Shown one piece after another: positions 59,090-64,000 of a stretch of DNA of 64,000 bases; within the stretch, counting starts at the first letter, position 1; every line of letters starts with the position of its first letter. The stretch lies in assembly GCA_902595125.1 (NCBI GenBank), contig CACJOY010000005.1, forward strand, positions 2,433-66,432. Reading direction: 5' to 3'. Made by a program: the position numbers and the translations under genes. The notes beneath the pieces were generated by a model, which searched no databases, was not told the DNA's origin, and saw only the letters and a program-made list of their open reading frames with translations. Origin of the DNA: an uncultured Pelagibacteraceae bacterium (GTDB lineage: Bacteria; Pseudomonadota; Alphaproteobacteria; Pelagibacterales; Pelagibacteraceae).

Positions 59090-60895
59090 ATGAGCACTAT
59101 TGATAACATAAGAAATTTTGCAATTATTGCACACATTGATCACGGTAAATCAACAATTGCTGATAGAATAATTCACAAATGTGGAGGTTTAACAGAAAGA
59201 GAAATGAAAGCACAAGTTTTAGATTCAATGGATATAGAAAGGGAGAGAGGAATAACAATAAAAGCTCAAACTGTAAAATTAAATTATAAATCTAAAAATG
59301 GGAAACAATATATTTTGAACATAATAGATACTCCAGGTCATGTAGATTTTAGCTATGAAGTAAGTAGATCTCTTTATGCATGTGAGGGTTCTATTTTGAT
59401 TGTAGATAGTACGCAAGGAGTTGAAGCACAAACTTTAGCTAATGTCTATCAGGCTTTGGAAATCAATCATGAGATTATTCCAGTTTTAAATAAAATTGAT
59501 CTACCTGCCTCTGATTTAGATAAGACAAATAAACAAATTGAAGATGTAATTGGTATAGATACTGAAAATGCAGTGCCCTGCTCTGGAAAAACAGGAGAAG
59601 GAATTGATGAAATATTGGAACAGATAATAAATCAATTACCAGGCCCTATAGGAAACTCAAATGAAAATCTTAAATGCTTATTGGTTGATAGTTGGTACGA
59701 TACTTATCTGGGTGTAGTTATTTTAGTAAGAGTTATAAATGGTAAAATAACTAAAAATATGAAAATTAAAATGCTTTCAACTGATCAAGATTATATAGTC
59801 GAAAAAGTTGGAGTTTTTACGCCAAAAGCAAAAGATATTAATGAATTAAATGCTGGTGAAATCGGCTTTATAACAACAGGAATAAAAGTTTTATCTGAGA
59901 CAAAAGTAGGTGATACAATTTGTGATGCATCTAAAGTAAAAGTTGATCCTCTACCAGGCTTCAAACCAAGCAAACCGGTAGTGTTTTGTGGATTATTCCC
60001 AGTTGATAGTTCCGAATACCAAAAATTAAAAGAAGGATTAGCAAAATTACAATTAAATGATGCAAGTTTTTCTTTTGAGGCCGAGTCGTCTTCAGCATTA
60101 GGATTAGGTTTTAGATGCGGGTTTTTAGGATTACTACATCTTGAGATAATAACTGAGAGGTTAGAGAGAGAATTTGATGTGAATTTACTCACTACTACAC
60201 CAGGAGTAGTTTACAAAGTAAATTTAAACAATGGTGATATTATTGATTTACAAAATCCATCAAGCTTACCAGATCCTACATTAATAAAATTTATTGAAGA
60301 ACCATGGATAAGAGCAACTATAATTACACCTGATCAATATTTAGGGTCTATTATCAAGTTATGTCAGGATAAAAGAGGAATCCAAATAAATTTAGCCTAC
60401 TCAGGTAACAGAGCAGTTTTAAGCTATGAGCTTCCGTTAAATGAAGTAGTATTTGATTTTAATGACAGAATAAAATCAATGACTAGTGGTTATGCCAGTT
60501 TTGATTATGAAATGATAGATCATAGAGATGGCGATCTAGTTAAATTAGGAATTTTGGTAAATGGCGAGCCTGTAGATGCTCTTGCAATGATGATACATAA
60601 AGATTTTGCCCAACGGACTGGTAGAGAAGTTTGTGAAAAATTAAAAGATTTAATACCGAGGCATAACTTTATGATACCAGTTCAAGCAGCAATAGGTGGA
60701 AAAATTATTGCACGCGAAACTATAAAGGGTTTTAAAAAAGATGTTTTAACTAAAATTCACGGTGGTGGTGCAACAGATAGAAAAAGAAAATTATTAGAAA
60801 AACAAAAAAAAGGAAAAGCTAGATCAAAACAGTTTGGTAGAGTTGAAATTCCCCAAGAGGCATTTATTGGGGTTCTTAAAATAAGTAAAGAATAA
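59090..60895 (+). CDS. lepA: Elongation factor 4
   Basis: [47 protein letters not shown] at 59090 (TTG at 59087 also in frame). Confidence 0.99.
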   Translation: MSTIDNIRNFAIIAHIDHGKSTIADRIIHKCGGLTEREMKAQVLDSMDIERERGITIKAQTVKLNYKSKNGKQYILNIIDTPGHVDFSYEVSRSLYACEGSILIVDSTQGVEAQTLANVYQALEINHEIIPVLNKIDLPASDLDKTNKQIEDVIGIDTENAVPCSGKTGEGIDEILEQIINQLPGPIGNSNENLKCLLVDSWYDTYLGVVILVRVINGKITKNMKIKMLSTDQDYIVEKVGVFTPKAKDINELNAGEIGFITTGIKVLSETKVGDTICDASKVKVDPLPGFKPSKPVVFCGLFPVDSSEYQKLKEGLAKLQLNDASFSFEAESSSALGLGFRCGFLGLLHLEIITERLEREFDVNLLTTTPGVVYKVNLNNGDIIDLQNPSSLPDPTLIKFIEEPWIRATIITPDQYLGSIIKLCQDKRGIQINLAYSGNRAVLSYELPLNEVVFDFNDRIKSMTSGYASFDYEMIDHRDGDLVKLGILVNGEPVDALAMMIHKDFAQRTGREVCEKLKDLIPRHNFMIPVQAAIGGKIIARETIKGFKKDVLTKIHGGGATDRKRKLLEKQKKGKARSKQFGRVEIPQEAFIGVLKISKE

Positions 60896-60901
60896 AATAC
60901 T

Positions 60902-61687
60902 ATGAATATTTATGATACCTTTATCTATAACAATGAAGATTTGATATTAGACATAAGGCTAAATTATCTTAATAAATTTGTTGAAAAATTTATTATTGTC
61001 GAAGCAAAATTTACTCACCAAGGAAAAGAAAAAACTAAATTTTTAGATTTAAATAGTTTTAAAAAATTTAAAAACAAGATAATACATCTTTTTATTGAAA
61101 ATTTTCCTCCAAACTTATCAAATTGGGAGAGAGAAAATTTTCAAAGGAATTACATCTCAAATGGTTTTCAAAAAATTCAAGACGATGATTTTATAATAAT
61201 TTCTGATATAGATGAAATTCCTAATTTAAGTAAATTTAAATATAATAATAAATTAAGATATACAGCATTTTGTCAAAAAAACTTTTCATATAAATTCAAT
61301 TTAATTAATAAAACTTTTCCAACATGGTATGGTACAAAAGGGTGTAAAAAAAAACATTTAAAAACACCACAGTGGCTTAGAAATCAAAAAATTAAAAAAA
61401 GAACTTTTTTAAATTTTTTTAATATTAAATGGCATATAATAAATGATGGTGGGTGGCATTTTTCTTATTTGATGAGCCCCAATCAAATTAGAGAAAAAAT
61501 TATGTCTTTTGGACATGCTGAATTCAATCATGAAAAATTTACAGATATTACAAAGATTGAGGAAAAAGTTAATAAAAATTTAGATTTGTACGATAGAGAT
61601 CAAATTTATGAAAAAGTAGATTTTGATAATTCATTTCCTTTAGTAATTCATCAAGATAAAAAAAATTTGAGTAAATGGATTATTTAA
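60902..61687 (+). CDS. Glycosyltransferase family 17 (MGAT3-like N-acetylglucosaminyltransferase)
   Basis: YD.F.YNNE..LDIRL..L...V..FIIVEA..TH.G, RENFQRN, SDIDEIP, GGWHFSY. Confidence 0.8.
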   Translation: MNIYDTFIYNNEDLILDIRLNYLNKFVEKFIIVEAKFTHQGKEKTKFLDLNSFKKFKNKIIHLFIENFPPNLSNWERENFQRNYISNGFQKIQDDDFIIISDIDEIPNLSKFKYNNKLRYTAFCQKNFSYKFNLINKTFPTWYGTKGCKKKHLKTPQWLRNQKIKKRTFLNFFNIKWHIINDGGWHFSYLMSPNQIREKIMSFGHAEFNHEKFTDITKIEEKVNKNLDLYDRDQIYEKVDFDNSFPLVIHQDKKNLSKWII

Positions 61688-61695
61688 AAAAATTA

Positions 61696-63351
61696 TTATA
61701 AGCAATTTTTTTTAACGTGAAAAATATATAAATTATTATTACTAGCTAATTTCTTTCTACTTAAACATTTATTTAGCCATTCAAATTCTTTAATTTCATC
61801 ATTTTTAAAGCCTGCTGTATTATCAATGATTATTTGCGTTACATTATTATCAACAATCTTACTTTTAAAAAAGTTTTCAAAATTCTTTCTTAATTTATGA
61901 TTTTTCGATGGATAAGTTGCATTAACATGCCAATATTTTACTGGCGATAGATCTTTTTTATCAAGAATTAAATTATAAATTTGATAATCAGTAATAAGTA
62001 TATATTTTTCATCAGAGTCTAGGCTTTTTAAGTATTCAAAAGTGTCAAATATAAGTTTTTTTTCAATCTCCGAATTCTTAAAATAAACAGTTTTCCATTT
62101 AAGATATTTCAATTTATTATCAATAATCTCGGCGTTAAAACTCTCAGCAATTTCGCCTTTTTTTAAATCATCCCATGCTCTTATTTTTACATATTTCTCA
62201 AAGTAAAATGATGTAGATATAAATAAATAAATTAAAACATAGTAACGTAAAGATATTTTTTTTTTTAAAAAAAAAGCAATAAGTATAAATAAATATATAA
62301 ATATATATAAAATTTCGTATCTCAAAATTCGATAAAAGCAATACGTAATCATAATGAACAAAATATATTTTATAATTTTTGAATTAGACTTATCGATAGA
62401 ATGAAAGTAATAAAACAAAGCACAGAAAATTGGTATTAATGAAAATGTTATTGGTTGATTATTTGAATGTATTTCATAAATACTTATTATTAAAGATAAT
62501 CCAAATATAAAAAATATGTTGTGAATTTTTTTTGATAAAAAACTACTATATAAAGAAGGAATAATTAAAAATAAAAGAAAAAATATTTTTGAAATTTTGT
62601 CATAAAAGTAACCATAACTTAAATTTGAAAATCTGTTTTCACCAAGAATAGTTGCGAAAATAAAGTATTGATCAATGATATTTTGTAAAGAAACATTATT
62701 TGATAAAAAAAATAAGACATAAAAAGAAATCGCAAACAAAGAAGATAAAATCAATATTATAAAATTTCTCTTATTAACTGGAGAAAACATTCTAGAGAAA
62801 TAAATGATTATGTAAAAAAAAATAAAATATGTTGTTGGTACCTGTTTTATAAAAAAAGTTGTCAAAAAAATAAAAACACCGATAAATAGAAGATAATTTT
62901 TATTTTCTTTAAGACCTATAATTAAAATAAAAAAAGAAACTATGCTCAGAGCAAGAGAATTATGCTCAACAGTTGGGTTACCTGTAGGTGGAAACATTAA
63001 CAATCCAGAGCAAACAGAGTAAAAGAAAGAATCAATTGTATTAAGATCTAACTTTTTTAAAAAAATGAATACAGAAATTGAGTAAATACAATTTAACAAA
63101 GACGCATGAATGATTAGACTTTGCCAATTCGAACCAAAAATTTTGTAAATCGTAGATTGCCAAATATCTAAAATTGGCCCAGTTATTGAATAATAATCTC
63201 TAAAAGGAAAGTCACCTTTTAAAATCCTATGACCAGAGTTAAAATTTTGAAGATCATCCAATGGCATTAAACCTTGATGACCAAAATAAAAGTTAACGAA
63301 AAAAGAAATAAATAAGATAAAAATTATTGATGATAATTCTATTAATTTCAT
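61696..63351 (-). CDS. Large polytopic membrane protein, probable GT-C fold glycosyltransferase
   Basis: First external loop with PLDD and G..P..DY....GP, about 12 hydrophobic segments, KQVP motif, soluble C-terminal domain. Confidence 0.6.
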   Translation of the reverse strand: MKLIELSSIIFILFISFFVNFYFGHQGLMPLDDLQNFNSGHRILKGDFPFRDYYSITGPILDIWQSTIYKIFGSNWQSLIIHASLLNCIYSISVFIFLKKLDLNTIDSFFYSVCSGLLMFPPTGNPTVEHNSLALSIVSFFILIIGLKENKNYLLFIGVFIFLTTFFIKQVPTTYFIFFYIIIYFSRMFSPVNKRNFIILILSSLFAISFYVLFFLSNNVSLQNIIDQYFIFATILGENRFSNLSYGYFYDKISKIFFLLFLIIPSLYSSFLSKKIHNIFFIFGLSLIISIYEIHSNNQPITFSLIPIFCALFYYFHSIDKSNSKIIKYILFIMITYCFYRILRYEILYIFIYLFILIAFFLKKKISLRYYVLIYLFISTSFYFEKYVKIRAWDDLKKGEIAESFNAEIIDNKLKYLKWKTVYFKNSEIEKKLIFDTFEYLKSLDSDEKYILITDYQIYNLILDKKDLSPVKYWHVNATYPSKNHKLRKNFENFFKSKIVDNNVTQIIIDNTAGFKNDEIKEFEWLNKCLSRKKLASNNNLYIFHVKKNCL

Positions 63352-63407
63352 TTTATCTTATCTTAATATACTATTAAAAAGGTTTTTAAGTAATTTTAAA
63401 AGAAATA

Positions 63408-64000
63408 ATGAAAATAAACAATATTTCAATTGTAATTCCAATTTTAAATGAGGAAAAAAATCTTATTAAGCTGACTAAAGGAATTAAGAATATAAAGAAA
63501 AAATTAAAAATCAAAAATTTTGAATTAATTTACATTGATGATAATTCTACTGATAATACAAAAATAATACTTAAAAATTTATTATTAAAAAATGAATTTT
63601 TAAAATTTCACATAAGAAAAGAGAAGAATAGAGATTTGTCTAAATCATGTATTTTTGGTTTCGAAAAATCAAAGTATGAAAATATAATTGTAATGGATGG
63701 AGATTTGCAGCATCCACCAAAATTTATTGAACACCTAACAAAAAAGTATTTTATCAAAAGGGCGGATATTGTAATTGGTAGTAGAAATTTGTTAGAAAAA
63801 AAAAATTCTGGTCTTAGTTTTTTTAGATATATCAGTTCTTTAACAATTATATATGTTATCAGTTTTTTTCTTGGAAAAAAAACATCAGATCCATTAAGTG
63901 GTTTTTTTATATTCAAAAAAAAAATTTACAAAAAAAACAAAAAAAAATTATATGCAAATGGTTATAAAATTTTAGCCGATCTTATATATAACTCCGATAA
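63408..64000 (+). CDS. GT2 polyprenol-phosphate glycosyltransferase (DPM1-like), truncated by window end; not in ORF track
   Basis: Hand translation MKINNISIVIPILNEEKNL...IDDNSTD...VMDGDLQHPP...DIVIGSR...SDPLSGFF; frame open to base 64000. Confidence 0.88.
   Translation, partial: MKINNISIVIPILNEEKNLIKLTKGIKNIKKKLKIKNFELIYIDDNSTDNTKIILKNLLLKNEFLKFHIRKEKNRDLSKSCIFGFEKSKYENIIVMDGDLQHPPKFIEHLTKKYFIKRADIVIGSRNLLEKKNSGLSFFRYISSLTIIYVISFFLGKKTSDPLSGFFIFKKKIYKKNKKKLYANGYKILADLIYNSD

Noticed and set aside
968-63916. Numerous 60-155 aa ORFs in the track lying antisense to or out of frame within long genes (e.g. 1664-1984, 11374-11766, 23479-23826, 45331-45795, 59791-60192, 63608-63916)
   Set aside because: Shadow ORFs of well-supported genes, with no recognisable motifs.

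Overview
A very AT-rich, gene-dense bacterial chromosome segment. Gene content, order and sequence style point to Pelagibacterales (SAR11, Alphaproteobacteria); this is an inference from recognition, not a database search. Most of it is core genome: infB-rbfA-rpsO-pnp, fabI/fabB/fabA, irr-katG, moeB-dut-coaBC-ubiB-ubiE/mutM, rpsT-dnaA-dnaN, lysA-argH, tRNA-Leu(CAA)-fadD, carD-fdxA-terB-helicase, tRNA-Arg(ACG), thiolase, aceE-aceF, gltD-gltB and thrS-infC-rpmI-rplT-pheST-lepA. Two regions look accessory: a three-gene cassette between pnp and fabI (DUF4956 membrane protein, secreted CotH-like kinase/beta-helix protein, VTC-type polyphosphate-polymerase-domain protein) and the start of a glycosylation island after lepA. 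Other highlights are an unannotated stand-alone transcription unit for a 25-aa protamine/histone-H1-like peptide, a pyruvate dehydrogenase whose lipoyl domain sits on E1 instead of E2, Irr (ICE)-like operators before irr and katG, a CarD with a long Lys-rich extension, and a perfect palindrome upstream of gltDB. I found no rRNA, CRISPR array, integrase, transposase or prophage.
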